Below, in pieces: positions 1 to 10,248 of a DNA stretch of 64,000 bases. The stretch's first letter is position 1; each line of letters starts with the position of its first letter. Origin of the DNA: Bacteriovoracaceae bacterium (GTDB taxonomy: Bacteria > Bdellovibrionota > Bacteriovoracia > Bacteriovoracales > Bacteriovoracaceae); contig OZ244226.1 in the NCBI GenBank assembly GCA_965217035.1, positions 1,966,146 through 2,030,145 of the forward strand, read 5' to 3'. The position numbers and the translations under genes were made by a program. A model generated the notes under the pieces. That model searched no databases. It worked only from the letters and a program-made list of their open reading frames with translations, and was not told the DNA's origin.

Positions 1-803
1 TAAAAATGCTTATGAACCTTGATTCAAGAGCTAAGGTTATTGAGTTTAATCCAGAACAAGCCGAAAAAACTTCAAACTACAACACGACTGTTGCTGTTTA
101 CGATAATGTTGGTACTGAAAGACTAATTAGAATGTATTTCAATAAAACGGAAGACAACTCTTGGACTTATAGAGCGATGGTAGATGGTGATGATGCTCAA
201 GGTGGAGAACCAGGGAAGCTTGTTCAGATGGCAACTGGAACCATTAAGTTTAATGACAAAGGTCTTTTACAAGAAGTAACTGAGAATGATAACTCATTTA
301 ACTTCAATAAAGGTGCTAAGCAGGATCAGAAGATCAAGTTCAACTTTGGTAAAACAATTGCCAATGGTGGAAATGGATTAGATGCAGGAACTCAGTATGG
401 ATCAGATTCAACTGTTTCACGTCACACGCAAGACGGGTTTGGTGCAGCAACATTATCATCAGTTTCATTCAACGATGATGGAGTTCTTACAGCATTTTAT
501 GACAATGGTGTAACAAAAGATCTTTCTCAAATTGCAATTGGAAAGTTTGAAAACAACGAAGGACTTAGAAAAATGGGGAGAAACCTCTTTAAGGAAACTC
601 GTAAGTCAGGACAAGCAGCAATTGGTCATCCTGGATTTGATGGAAGAGGAAGAGTCCTTTCGAAATCAATCGAGCTTTCAAACGTTGATATTGCTGATGA
701 ATTTATTAACATGATGAATTCTCAGAGAAATTTCCAAGCAAATACGAGAACTATTACAACAGCAGACTCGATGCTTCAGGAAATCTTAAATCTTAAGCGA
801 TAA
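1..803 (+). CDS. flgE: Flagellar hook protein FlgE (C-terminal part; 5' end lies before the window)
   Basis: C-terminus IELSNVDIADEFINMMNSQRNFQANTRTITTADSMLQEILNLKR is the flagellar basal-body rod/hook C-terminal motif; upstream FlaE-like domain (VYDNVG...). Confidence 0.93.
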   Translation, partial: KMLMNLDSRAKVIEFNPEQAEKTSNYNTTVAVYDNVGTERLIRMYFNKTEDNSWTYRAMVDGDDAQGGEPGKLVQMATGTIKFNDKGLLQEVTENDNSFNFNKGAKQDQKIKFNFGKTIANGGNGLDAGTQYGSDSTVSRHTQDGFGAATLSSVSFNDDGVLTAFYDNGVTKDLSQIAIGKFENNEGLRKMGRNLFKETRKSGQAAIGHPGFDGRGRVLSKSIELSNVDIADEFINMMNSQRNFQANTRTITTADSMLQEILNLKR

Positions 804-1697
804 TTAATTAGGCTTAAGGATGTCATCACTGACGACATCCTTAAGCTTTTTCTTTTCTAAAATCTGGCACAAATCAATTGAAAATTTCTGATAATCTCCA
901 TACTTTGGAAAAAGTGTGTAGCCTTCAATGGGACAAAGAAACTCTCGATTCTTTAAGAGATTTTTTCCTTTTGAGACAGGTTGGAGATTTGTTAGACCAC
1001 TGACTAATAAATCATCTTCACTTTGCTTGATTACTTTTTTAGAGAAAAGATAACAAGATCTTTCTAGATTAATAGATTGAACTTCTCCCTCGAAATCTAA
1101 AAAATTGTGTATGATTTCTAGTCCTTTATCAAAATAATCCTGATTAAATCCCATCTTTCCAAGTTCTACTGTCAAGAAGGGGAGTGAGTTTTTTAATGCA
1201 AAACTTCCAAATCCTTCACCTTCTGAACTCATTTTAGGTTCTCTTAAAAAAACGAGGGGGCTACTTGGAAAAATCTCTGCCATTTGTAACGATTCTTTAT
1301 GATTCCGACAAAGAAAAAACTCTCTCTCTGAATCGTGAGATGTTTGATGAATATCAAGAACATATTGAAATGTAGAAGCAAAGGTTTCGATTTCCTTGGC
1401 CCTATTTTCTTCAAACTTTTCATTATTTTTTTCAAGGAAAGAACGATTTAAATCTCTTTCAACAAAGCGTTTATTAATGAGAGTGGCTTCTCTATTTCCT
1501 AGTATTAATCCAAAGGGTTTTTGAGATGGTTGTTCAAGAAGATAATTGATAAGATGAAGTCCTAGAGTTTCATTTCCATGAATCATTATGGAAAGTAAAT
1601 GTTTAGGGTTTTTGCCTATTATCCAGCAGTCATTTGCGACTTTTTGTATATGAGATTGATCAATAAGAGAGTCAAATTTTTTTAGTTCCGTATTCAT
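804..1697 (-). CDS. Succinylglutamate desuccinylase/aspartoacylase family (M14-type Zn hydrolase)
   Basis: HGNE, RDLNR, LDIH and TVELG motifs of the AstE/AspA family. Confidence 0.8.
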   Translation of the reverse strand: MNTELKKFDSLIDQSHIQKVANDCWIIGKNPKHLLSIMIHGNETLGLHLINYLLEQPSQKPFGLILGNREATLINKRFVERDLNRSFLEKNNEKFEENRAKEIETFASTFQYVLDIHQTSHDSEREFFLCRNHKESLQMAEIFPSSPLVFLREPKMSSEGEGFGSFALKNSLPFLTVELGKMGFNQDYFDKGLEIIHNFLDFEGEVQSINLERSCYLFSKKVIKQSEDDLLVSGLTNLQPVSKGKNLLKNREFLCPIEGYTLFPKYGDYQKFSIDLCQILEKKKLKDVVSDDILKPN

Positions 1698-1720
1698 TTT
1701 TTAAGAATATTAAAACTTTC

Positions 1721-2260
1721 TTACTCCGCAAAGCCCATATAGAGGGAATCACCTGATATTATATCAACAAAAAGAGGTTTCTCCAGATCTCTCAGATAGA
1801 TATAATTGCTTAAAATAGAAAACTCACCGGCGCCTATTTGAAATTGGCACTGAGTAGAGCTTCCATCTAGGAAGACAATTTTTGAACTTGCAATATATCT
1901 ATAAGTGTCATTGAGAAATTCGAAATAATGGCGAGTTTCAATGAAATTGATAGAACTTTCATTAAGGCTCGTTAAGCTGCAATCTTCAGTATCTTTTTTA
2001 ACTTCTTCGAGTTCTTCTTCAGAAATCTTTTGGTAGGTTTCAAGTTCTAGCCAAATAGCATCTTCGTAAAGCTTATGAATTTCCGCATAATCATACGAGA
2101 CATTTGACTCCCAGATGCCAGTGATATCATCTTCCTGAAAGGATCCGGAGAAATTAAGCATACCTGATGTTTGGTTTGCTATTTCATCAACAGAGTCCTG
2201 AATCACGTTTCCACATGAGACAAGAGATAGAATCAATAATTTATAGATGAATCGCTTCAT
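1721..2260 (-). CDS. Hypothetical acidic lipoprotein
   Basis: Lipobox LVSC after a basic/hydrophobic N-terminus; GGAGG RBS upstream. Confidence 0.65.
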   Translation of the reverse strand: MKRFIYKLLILSLVSCGNVIQDSVDEIANQTSGMLNFSGSFQEDDITGIWESNVSYDYAEIHKLYEDAIWLELETYQKISEEELEEVKKDTEDCSLTSLNESSINFIETRHYFEFLNDTYRYIASSKIVFLDGSSTQCQFQIGAGEFSILSNYIYLRDLEKPLFVDIISGDSLYMGFAE

Positions 2261-2296
2261 CTTCCTCCGAAATTTTGAGTGTTGGTCATAATTTAA

Positions 2297-2312
2297 TACA
2301 AGGATTGTGCCA
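2297..2312 (-). promoter_or_regulatory. Possible sigma54 (-24/-12) promoter for the lipoprotein gene
   Basis: Minus strand reads TGGCAC-AATCC-TTGTA: perfect -24 box, -12 box has GT instead of GC; ~37 nt upstream of the ATG. Confidence 0.45.
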
Positions 2313-2357
2313 AAAAGGAGTTTAGTTATTTCAATAATCTAAACGATTTCTGTAAAG

Positions 2358-2386
2358 AAAACTGCCCAAAATCTAGGCAGTTTTTT
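2358..2386 (-). terminator. Hairpin after the deoC-ALDH operon (intrinsic terminator, or enhancer site for the sigma54 promoter)
   Basis: aaaactgcc...ggcagtttt inverted repeat flanked by A/T runs just after the 2413 stop. Confidence 0.5.
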
Positions 2387-2412
2387 ATGGATTAGTAGCT
2401 TGTAAAATTGTT

Positions 2413-3249
2413 TTACACTCCGATCGGATGCCAAACAGTCTTAATCTCAATCGTATTCAGAATAAGATCAAGCGAATTCCTTTGATCTGTTCTTGGAATA
2501 ATTCGCTTCATATTATCGATAGAGCTTGATCTGACTTCATGGTAAAGATCTTTATCTTCATTCTGAAAACTGATCGCCCTGACTTCTCTGTGAGTGGCAT
2601 AAATCGGAGCAAGATCTTTTGCTGAGCCTGAGAGTAAATTAACAGTCCCTGCTGGAAGATCAGAAGTAGAAAAAATCTCACCAAGTAATGTTGTTAAAAC
2701 AGGAAAGTTTTTAGAAACCAACATAATAACGCTATTTCCACCAACCAAAACTGATGCGATCCTATCGATCGTCGCTGCTAATTGGAATTCATCGCTATCA
2801 ATAATAACAACAACACCCATGGGTTCTGGACTACTAAAGTTATGATAGGGTCCATTGATAGGGTTTACGGCCCCGAGAACCTGTTGGTATTTATCACAAA
2901 AGCCAGCATAGAATACAAGTGAATTAAGGGCTGTTTCAATATCTTTTGTTACAGCAAGTGAATCAGCGCCAGTCACTTCTGAAGTAGTTGTGATGAATTC
3001 ATCTTTTCTCGCCTCAAGCATTTCCGCCATACGGTAGATAATTTGTGAGCGATTGTAGGAGGTTCTTTTTGCCCAATTAGTTTGGCCTGATTTTGCAGCA
3101 ACGAGAGTGTTACGAAAATCTTTTCTTGAAGCAAAACAAACGCGGGCGTATTCATTGCCCGAATGGTCATTAAAAGCTTCTGTGCGACCTGATTCAGATC
3201 TTTGGAATTCACCATTAATATACATTTTTACTGTTTTTAAAACTTTCAT
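2413..3249 (-). CDS. Truncated aldehyde dehydrogenase-like protein (Rossmann and oligomerisation parts only)
   Basis: KMYINGEFQRSESGR start, ALDH N-terminal similarity and a KTVWHPIG end; lacks the ELGGK/GxxC catalytic segment. Its start overlaps the upstream ALDH stop. Confidence 0.85.
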   Translation of the reverse strand: MKVLKTVKMYINGEFQRSESGRTEAFNDHSGNEYARVCFASRKDFRNTLVAAKSGQTNWAKRTSYNRSQIIYRMAEMLEARKDEFITTTSEVTGADSLAVTKDIETALNSLVFYAGFCDKYQQVLGAVNPINGPYHNFSSPEPMGVVVIIDSDEFQLAATIDRIASVLVGGNSVIMLVSKNFPVLTTLLGEIFSTSDLPAGTVNLLSGSAKDLAPIYATHREVRAISFQNEDKDLYHEVRSSSIDNMKRIIPRTDQRNSLDLILNTIEIKTVWHPIGV

Positions 3250-4733
3250 TATTGAACCTCCACGTAAGGAAGCAGTCCATGGCGACCACCTTCTCGGCCG
3301 TAACCACTTTCTTTATAGCCTCCAAAAGGGGAGGCAGCATCAAACTTATTATAGGTATTCGCCCAAATGACTCCAGCCTTTAACTGAGAAGCGACTGAGT
3401 GAATCTTAGAAGCTTTCTCTGTCCAAATTCCAGCAGCAAGACCATAAGGAGTATCATTCGCTTTTTTTACTGCTTCATCTGGTGTTCTAAAAGTTGAAAT
3501 CGTGAGTACTGGTCCAAAGACCTCTGTTCTCGAAATTGTTGAACTCAAGCTCTGGTCAGTAAAAAAACATGGAGCAAAGAAGTTTCCTGTTGTTGGAAGT
3601 GGAGTCTCAACTTGCCAGAATTGTCCGCCCTCTGTTTGTCCAAGAGAAACTAAATCTTTGATCTTTTCAAGTTGCTCGGAAGAGTTAATTGCACCAAGAT
3701 CTGTATTTTTATCGAGTGGATTTCCGATTCTAATTTGCTTCATTCTCGCTTTTAGCTTTTCAATAAAAGTGTCTTTAATAGATTCTTCAACTATTAATCT
3801 CGATCCAGCACAGCAAACATGGCCTTGATTGAAAAAGATGCCATTAACGGTCCCTTCAACAGCTTGATCAATTGCTGCATCAGCAAAAATAATATGAGCT
3901 GATTTACCACCAAGCTCCATTGTAAGTTTCTTATCTGTTTGCCCTGCTTGCTTAGCAATTAATTTACCAATATCTGTAGATCCGGTAAAAGCAATTTTTT
4001 TAATATCAGGATGGTTTACAATTGCAGCCCCTGTTTCTCCAGCTCCCGTCACGATATTAACAGTTCCAGCTGGCAGTCCCGCTTCTTGAAAAATTTCAGC
4101 TAAACGTAAAGCTGTCAATGAGGTTTGTTCTGCAGGTTTAAGAATAACAGTATTTCCCATCGCTAGAGCAGGAGCTATTTTCCATGCGGCCATAAGAAGT
4201 GGAAAGTTCCAAGGTATAATTTGACCACAAACTCCGAGTGGCTTAAGAGTTTTTCCCGGGAGAATATAATCCATTTTATCGGCCCAACCAGCATTATAAA
4301 AAAAGTGTTGAGCAACTAAAGGGAGATCAACATCTCTTGATTCTTTGATTGGTTTTCCGCCATCCATCGTCTCTAGAACGGCGAGCTCTCTCGATCGTTC
4401 TTGAATAATACGAGCGACACGGAATAAGTATTTTGCTCTTTCTGTTCCGGTTAGTTGTCCCCAAGCATTTTCAAAAGCATTTGTCGCTGCTTCAACTGCT
4501 TTGTTTACATCTGCCTCGTTACCTAAAGCTAATGAAAAAAGCTTTTCACCTGTGGCAGGATTAATTGAGTCCATGTATTGACCACTTGATGGTGCTATAA
4601 ATTCTCCACCAATGAAATGTCCGTATTGATCAGCGACCTTAACAGGGTAAGACTCTGGAGCTGGAGCATATTCAAAGTTTAAATTCTTTGAATCGTTTGT
4701 TGTTTCTGTTGTTTCTGTTGTTTGTTGTTTCAT
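3249..4733 (-). CDS. Aldehyde dehydrogenase (likely acting on acetaldehyde from DeoC)
   Basis: IIPWNFP, FTGSTDIG, MELGGK, FFNQGHVCCAGSR (catalytic Cys), EVFGPV, PFGGYKESG. Confidence 0.95.
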   Translation of the reverse strand: MKQQTTETTETTNDSKNLNFEYAPAPESYPVKVADQYGHFIGGEFIAPSSGQYMDSINPATGEKLFSLALGNEADVNKAVEAATNAFENAWGQLTGTERAKYLFRVARIIQERSRELAVLETMDGGKPIKESRDVDLPLVAQHFFYNAGWADKMDYILPGKTLKPLGVCGQIIPWNFPLLMAAWKIAPALAMGNTVILKPAEQTSLTALRLAEIFQEAGLPAGTVNIVTGAGETGAAIVNHPDIKKIAFTGSTDIGKLIAKQAGQTDKKLTMELGGKSAHIIFADAAIDQAVEGTVNGIFFNQGHVCCAGSRLIVEESIKDTFIEKLKARMKQIRIGNPLDKNTDLGAINSSEQLEKIKDLVSLGQTEGGQFWQVETPLPTTGNFFAPCFFTDQSLSSTISRTEVFGPVLTISTFRTPDEAVKKANDTPYGLAAGIWTEKASKIHSVASQLKAGVIWANTYNKFDAASPFGGYKESGYGREGGRHGLLPYVEVQ

Positions 4734-4740
4734 ATTTATC

Positions 4741-5697
4741 CTAATCTACTGAAAAGATATCATCGTAAAAGTATTGTCCTGTCACTTGCTTGAAGATTTG
4801 TTTTAACAAATCATTTAAGAGTGTTGAAGCTCCAAAACGGAACATCTCTGGATTTAACCATTCCGGTCCAAGCACTTCATTTACCATACAAAGATAATGC
4901 ACAGCTTGTTTGGCTGTTCGGATTCCACCAGCTGGCTTCATCCCAATCTTTTTTCCTGTTACTCTATAATAATCGGCAATTGCTTGAAGCATGACAAGCG
5001 TTACTGGCATAGTTGCTGCCGGTTGAACTTTTCCGGTCGATGTTTTTACGAAATCAGCACCAGCCTCCATGGCAAGCCATGAAGCAAGTCTGACATTGTC
5101 ATATGTTTTTAATTCACCTGTTTCTAGAATGACTTTCAAATGGGCAGGTCCACAAGCTTCCTTAATAATAACGATTTCATCAAAGACTCTTTGAAATTCA
5201 CCCTTTAAAAAAGCACCTCGATCGATCACCATATCAATTTCAGTGGCACCGTATTGAACAGCTGCTTTTGTATCAGCTATTTTAACCTCAAGGGGAACTT
5301 GACCAGAAGGAAAACCTGTTGAGACAGCTGCAAGTTGAACATTGGAACCCTTGAGAGCTTCTTTGGCATAAGGAACCATGTTCGGATAAACACAGATTGC
5401 TCCTGTCGAAGGAATCTCTCTGTAGTTTGGATATTTCTGCATTTCTTTTTGGAGATATGTTGGAACAGGATTAACGGCCTTTCCGCAAAGCGAACGAACT
5501 TTATCGGGAGTGTCGGCTCCTTCAAGAGTTGTAAGGTCTACCATCGAAACAGCAGTATAGAGAGCATCCATTTTGGATTCTTTTTTAATACTTCTCTTAG
5601 TAAAACTTGCAGCTCGTTCATTAGCACCAATCATGTCGATTGGAACTTTTGGAATAGCTAATAGACCTGACTGGCCATCAATTTGAATCTGAGACAT
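4741..5697 (-). CDS. deoC: Deoxyribose-phosphate aldolase
   Basis: DLTTL, GATEIDMVI, LKVILETGEL, GADFVKTSTGK (Schiff-base Lys), KPAGGIRT, RFGAS. Confidence 0.95.
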   Translation of the reverse strand: MSQIQIDGQSGLLAIPKVPIDMIGANERAASFTKRSIKKESKMDALYTAVSMVDLTTLEGADTPDKVRSLCGKAVNPVPTYLQKEMQKYPNYREIPSTGAICVYPNMVPYAKEALKGSNVQLAAVSTGFPSGQVPLEVKIADTKAAVQYGATEIDMVIDRGAFLKGEFQRVFDEIVIIKEACGPAHLKVILETGELKTYDNVRLASWLAMEAGADFVKTSTGKVQPAATMPVTLVMLQAIADYYRVTGKKIGMKPAGGIRTAKQAVHYLCMVNEVLGPEWLNPEMFRFGASTLLNDLLKQIFKQVTGQYFYDDIFSVD

Positions 5698-5855
5698 ATT
5701 CTCCTCGCTTATATATAAGACCCCTGTTTATAGCATTTATAGGAATTTGGACCAAATGAAAGGGAGAAGTGGGTAGAAATTACAGATTATAACTTATCTT
5801 ATGCCATTCTTGTTATTTGATGTTAGCTAAGAGTTTTAAATTTATAGGAGGTAAT

Positions 5856-6257
5856 ATGTACAAGGTGCTAATTTTAGTCTTTTCATTGGGAAGTTTGTCT
5901 TCTTTTGGGATGCAAGGATCTTATTTCTCCTGTGAGGCAGGACTCGAAGTAAAAAGTTTAGAAGGAGAAGTTTTAAACAAGCATGTCTATAAAACGGTTC
6001 TTCTTGAGAAAAGCGAAAATTCTGATAAGAAAAAAATCGCTTCAGTTGATTTCACTGAGTCTATCTCACTTGATTTCTATATCTTAGATAACGGAGATGG
6101 GGAGCCATCATTTAAAGTAACAATTGATGGAGATGATAATAGTGCAAGTTTTTCAAATGATTTATCCTCTGAGAATTTAGAATATATTTATTTGGACGCA
6201 GAAAGTATCTATATTGATAAGAAGCTTGTTTCTTTTGATGTTGAATGTGAAGACTAA
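5856..6257 (+). CDS. Hypothetical secreted protein
   Basis: GGAGG RBS before the ATG at 5856; signal-peptide-like N-terminus; one Cys near each end of the mature chain. Confidence 0.6.
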   Translation: MYKVLILVFSLGSLSSFGMQGSYFSCEAGLEVKSLEGEVLNKHVYKTVLLEKSENSDKKKIASVDFTESISLDFYILDNGDGEPSFKVTIDGDDNSASFSNDLSSENLEYIYLDAESIYIDKKLVSFDVECED

Positions 6258-6264
6258 GAATGAA

Positions 6265-7983
6265 CTATTTCTCTAAATATTTATACATATTTAAAACAAG
6301 ATCCGAGTACCTGAAGTTTTTCAGGTACTCGTGTCTAATAAGATAATGAATTGAATAATTGGTCATAATCCAAGGAACTTCTTCTATTACAATATCTTCC
6401 ATTTCTTTAAGGATTGTTAGTTTCTCCGTATCATCTCTTGTAATGAGAAGCTTCTTATAAAGTTTATCAAATCTAGAGTTAGAAAATCCCGTTTTGTTTG
6501 GACCGCCATTGGCATTCTTTGAATAAAGTAATTGAAGAACATTCTCTGGATCAGGGTAGTCCATTAACCAACCACCTTGCCAAAATTGCATCTTCGCTTT
6601 TTTGGCCTTATTGAGAAAATCAGTAAACTTGTTCACAACGACACGAACAGCAATACCAATCTTACTTAATTCTTTCTTTATAAATTGGGCCATAAGAATA
6701 TGACGTTCTCCATTCCTACGAGTATGAAATTCAAGGACGGGGAGACCTTTTCCTCCAGGGTAGCCCGCTTTTGCTAAAAATCTTTTTGCTTTTCTAATAT
6801 TATAATCATGATGAAAATCTTGAGAGGGGTTATATCCTAAAACACCGGGAGGGAAGATCGAATTAGCTCGTCTTCCTGTATTATAATAAAAGTTTGCAAT
6901 ATATTGTTCGATATTAATGGCATGGGAAATCGCTTTTCTTAAATTCTTATTTTTTCCAATAAGAGGGTCCCTCATGTTAAATGCCAGCCACCAAAAAATC
7001 ATACTAGATGAAACGTGGAGTTCCATGTCTTTTTTACGATAATCAGACTTTAAATCACCGTTAAGGTTTAAAATATAATGGAGTTTACTCGGAGGAATAT
7101 CAACAAAGTCTAGTTGTTTGTTTAAAAAGGCTTGCCAGCGTTTTTCATCGTCAACAATGATTTTAAAAGTAATCTCTTCAGAAAGAGGAAGCGATGAATC
7201 AGCTTTTTTCAGGAGTTCTCTTTCATTTGCAATTCTATCACCTGTTACTGGGTAAGTTGAAACATTATATCCTTCATGTTTTTTTAAGCGAGCAAATTTT
7301 GCCGCATCAAATTCAATGATTTGATAAGGACCAGTTCCAAATCCAATATTTTCAAATTTATTTTTATTTTTTAAAACAAGTTCTTCAGGAACGGGAGAAG
7401 TAAATGTCATAGAGAGAATATGAACGAGTTGAGGGAAGGGAGAAGTTAATTCAATAATTAAAGTTTCATCATCGGGAGCTTGTAAACCTTTAACCTTTTT
7501 ATGAATAAGTGCTTGAATATCTTGGCCTGCCGCTTCTCTAAATTGATCAAGCCCTTTAATTTTACCTTTAAGTAGCCACCAACCCTTACTGTCTGTTCCT
7601 TTAAAAGCAAGCCGTTTAAAACTCATAACAAAATCACTGGCCTTAACAGCTCTCTTCTCTGAAAAGTCTTTCTGATTGTGGTAAAGAATATTTGGTTTAA
7701 TTTTTATCTCATATTTTAATCCATCATTAGAGACTTTTGGCTCTTCAGCAGCTAAAAGCGGTTCAAGTGAATAAGGTCTTTTAAGGTAATGATATTGAAA
7801 GAGAGTTTCATAAACTTGGTAAACAATGAGATTCGAGACAAGATCATAAGAGAGGTGAGGGTCTAAGGTAGAGATTTCTGATTTAATAGGAATGATCAAA
7901 CCTTTATGAGGTGATCCTTCTTTCTTTAAACAAGAAACAAAAACTATTAAATAGAGGCTTAACAAAATCTTCATTTTCTTCAT
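6265..7983 (-). CDS. ABC transporter peptide-binding lipoprotein (SBP family 5, OppA/DppA-like); no permease genes nearby
   Basis: Lipobox FVSC; TLDPH, YETLFQY, GTGPY, LRKAISHAIN, WLMDYPDPEN. Confidence 0.88.
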   Translation of the reverse strand: MKKMKILLSLYLIVFVSCLKKEGSPHKGLIIPIKSEISTLDPHLSYDLVSNLIVYQVYETLFQYHYLKRPYSLEPLLAAEEPKVSNDGLKYEIKIKPNILYHNQKDFSEKRAVKASDFVMSFKRLAFKGTDSKGWWLLKGKIKGLDQFREAAGQDIQALIHKKVKGLQAPDDETLIIELTSPFPQLVHILSMTFTSPVPEELVLKNKNKFENIGFGTGPYQIIEFDAAKFARLKKHEGYNVSTYPVTGDRIANERELLKKADSSLPLSEEITFKIIVDDEKRWQAFLNKQLDFVDIPPSKLHYILNLNGDLKSDYRKKDMELHVSSSMIFWWLAFNMRDPLIGKNKNLRKAISHAINIEQYIANFYYNTGRRANSIFPPGVLGYNPSQDFHHDYNIRKAKRFLAKAGYPGGKGLPVLEFHTRRNGERHILMAQFIKKELSKIGIAVRVVVNKFTDFLNKAKKAKMQFWQGGWLMDYPDPENVLQLLYSKNANGGPNKTGFSNSRFDKLYKKLLITRDDTEKLTILKEMEDIVIEEVPWIMTNYSIHYLIRHEYLKNFRYSDLVLNMYKYLEK

Positions 7984-8094
7984 GATAGCGTAAGCGAGTA
8001 TGATTGGTCATTAAGAGCCTGATAGTTTTGCTCGGTTTATTTTTTACTATTAAAAATAACGACTTGTGATTAAAATTATTCCAAAAGAAATAAT

Positions 8095-9393
8095 ATGGAG
8101 AACCTTATGGAATTTGTTTACGAAACAAGAGAATTGATTGCGACTATCATTTTCGCTCTTGCTGTTGTTCACACCTTTGTCGTTAAAATTTTTCAAGATA
8201 AGGCCCATCATTGCCCAACCGGATCAATGAGTTATCATATGTATCATTTCTTAGGAGAGGTTGAATGCGTCTTCGGTATGTGGGCAGGCGTTTTTATTGC
8301 TATTTATTTTGTAATGTTTGGTTTTCATGAAGCTGTAGAGTACATGGAAGGACTCAATTATACTGAGCCGGCTTTTGTTTTCGTGATCATGTGTATGGCG
8401 GGAACAAGGCCGGTGATTAAACTTGCAGAAAAATTTATTATATTTTTCTCTAAACTGATTCCTTTTAACCAGAAAAAAGCTTTTTATATTTCAGCTTTAA
8501 TTATCGGTCCATTACTTGGATCTTTTATTACTGAGCCTGCTGCGATGACAGTGACGGCAATTATTCTTCTTAATACGTTTTATACAAAAGAGATGACGAC
8601 GAAGTTCAAGTACGCAACCTTAGGTCTTCTTTTTGTTAACGTTTCCATTGGTGGAACGCTCACTCACTTTGCTGCTCCTCCAGTCCTGATGGTTGCTGGA
8701 AAGTGGGACTGGGGTATTTCTCATATGATGACAAACTTTGGTTATAAGGCTGCCATTTCAGTTATTATTGGAACCTTAGTTATCTCGGCTATCTTTTCGA
8801 AAGAATTGAAGGGAGAACTCGATTCAGTAGGAGAGGGAGATGGAAAACCTGAACCAAGACTTTGGAAATATTTTGTTCATTTAATCTTTCTTGCTCTGGT
8901 TGTGCTTTTTGCTCACCACATGGTTCTCTTTATGGGACTTTTCATTTTCTTTCTTGGCTTCACAACGATTACCGAAACTTATCAAGACAAAATCAAATTA
9001 AAAGAATCGCTTCTAGTTGGTTTCTTTCTAGCTGGGCTGGTAACTCTTGGTGCGCTTCAAGCTTGGTGGTTGAGCCCTATCCTTGGGAAGCTTTCAGATT
9101 TTACACTTTTTGTTGGAGCGACTGGGTTAACTGCAATTACAGATAATGCTGCTCTTACTTTCTTAGGAGCTCAAGTTGAAGGTCTAACAGATATTGCGAA
9201 ATATTCACTCGTTGCTGGAGCTGTTGCAGGTGGTGGTCTCACTGTTATTGCCAATGCGCCAAACCCTGCAGGTTATGGAATTTTGAAAGATTCTTTTGGG
9301 AAAGAAGGGATTAGTCCGCTAGGGCTATTAAAAGGAGCACTCTTCCCGACAATTCTCTGCATGATACTTTTTCAAGTACTCCCTTCACTTTAA
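8095..9393 (+). CDS. Putative Na+/H+ antiporter (DUF1504 type)
   Basis: Multi-TM protein with HFLGEVE, LGSFITEPAAMT, NVSIGGTLTHFAAPPVLM, TDNAALT, GGGLTVIANAPNPAG. Confidence 0.8.
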   Translation: MENLMEFVYETRELIATIIFALAVVHTFVVKIFQDKAHHCPTGSMSYHMYHFLGEVECVFGMWAGVFIAIYFVMFGFHEAVEYMEGLNYTEPAFVFVIMCMAGTRPVIKLAEKFIIFFSKLIPFNQKKAFYISALIIGPLLGSFITEPAAMTVTAIILLNTFYTKEMTTKFKYATLGLLFVNVSIGGTLTHFAAPPVLMVAGKWDWGISHMMTNFGYKAAISVIIGTLVISAIFSKELKGELDSVGEGDGKPEPRLWKYFVHLIFLALVVLFAHHMVLFMGLFIFFLGFTTITETYQDKIKLKESLLVGFFLAGLVTLGALQAWWLSPILGKLSDFTLFVGATGLTAITDNAALTFLGAQVEGLTDIAKYSLVAGAVAGGGLTVIANAPNPAGYGILKDSFGKEGISPLGLLKGALFPTILCMILFQVLPSL

Positions 9394-9458
9394 AAAGCAG
9401 AGGGAGTTATGACTTAAAGTCTTTATATAAGTTATTTGCAAAGTATAAGTGAAAGGTT

Positions 9459-9788
9459 TTAAATCAATTCCGCAGTTTGTTTAGGATATTCCCAGAGGTA
9501 AGTTCCATCGTTAGTTGCAATACGACAACGAAAAACTCCTAGAGGAGAAGCCCCTACTCGTTTCACTTTTTCGGTCCATCGGTGAAGCTTATTATTAATT
9601 TTTGCTTGAATGCCTTGAGCTTTAAGTGATTTTTTATTCATGTATTTTAATTGTGATTCAAGGCTATTAATTTCTCTCTTCGAACGAAGAGAAATGATAT
9701 TTAAAAGTCTAACTATGTCTTCGAGTTCATTAGCAGGAACCGATTGAATCCCTGTTTTTAGCTGAAAAACATTTTGAACGTTATTCAT
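9459..9788 (-). CDS. DUF2203-like hypothetical protein
   Basis: Likely start ATG at 9788 overlapping the smpB stop; C-terminal W..KV.R.GA...G....GTYLWEYP pattern. Confidence 0.55.
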   Translation of the reverse strand: MNNVQNVFQLKTGIQSVPANELEDIVRLLNIISLRSKREINSLESQLKYMNKKSLKAQGIQAKINNKLHRWTEKVKRVGASPLGVFRCRIATNDGTYLWEYPKQTAELI

Positions 9789-10248
9789 ATTTTCCTTGTT
9801 GCAATTTCCTTTGAACATCCTTTTTAGCTTGATCTTGGCGTTTATCAAAGAGTTTTTTTCCTTTTCCAAGACCCATTTCAATTTTGACTAGAGAGCCTTT
9901 GAAATAGAGTGCAAGCGGGACAAGCGTCAAGCCTTTCGCTTTAAGCGAGTGGCTAAGTTGTTGAATTTCTTTTTTATGAAGTAAAAGCTTACGACGCCGT
10001 GTTTCGAGATGATTATTTCTGTTTCCAAATTCATAATGCGGAATGTTGAGATTTTGAAGCCAAACTTCCTCGTTCTTATCAATTGTCGCGAAGGCCTCAG
10101 AGAGATTGGCCTTTCCTATTCTAAGGGATTTCACTTCAGTTCCAAGCAGTTCTATACCAGCTTCGATCTTCTTTTCAATCAGAAAGTCGTAAAAAGCACG
10201 CTTGTTTTTAGCGATAATCTTTATGCTTGAAGTTTTCTTTTTATTCAT
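9781..10248 (-). CDS. smpB: SsrA-binding protein SmpB
   Basis: IAKNKRAFYDF, EAGIELLGTEVKSLR, RRRKLLLHKKEI, GKGKKLFDKR. Confidence 0.97.
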   Translation of the reverse strand: MNKKKTSSIKIIAKNKRAFYDFLIEKKIEAGIELLGTEVKSLRIGKANLSEAFATIDKNEEVWLQNLNIPHYEFGNRNNHLETRRRKLLLHKKEIQQLSHSLKAKGLTLVPLALYFKGSLVKIEMGLGKGKKLFDKRQDQAKKDVQRKLQQGKYE

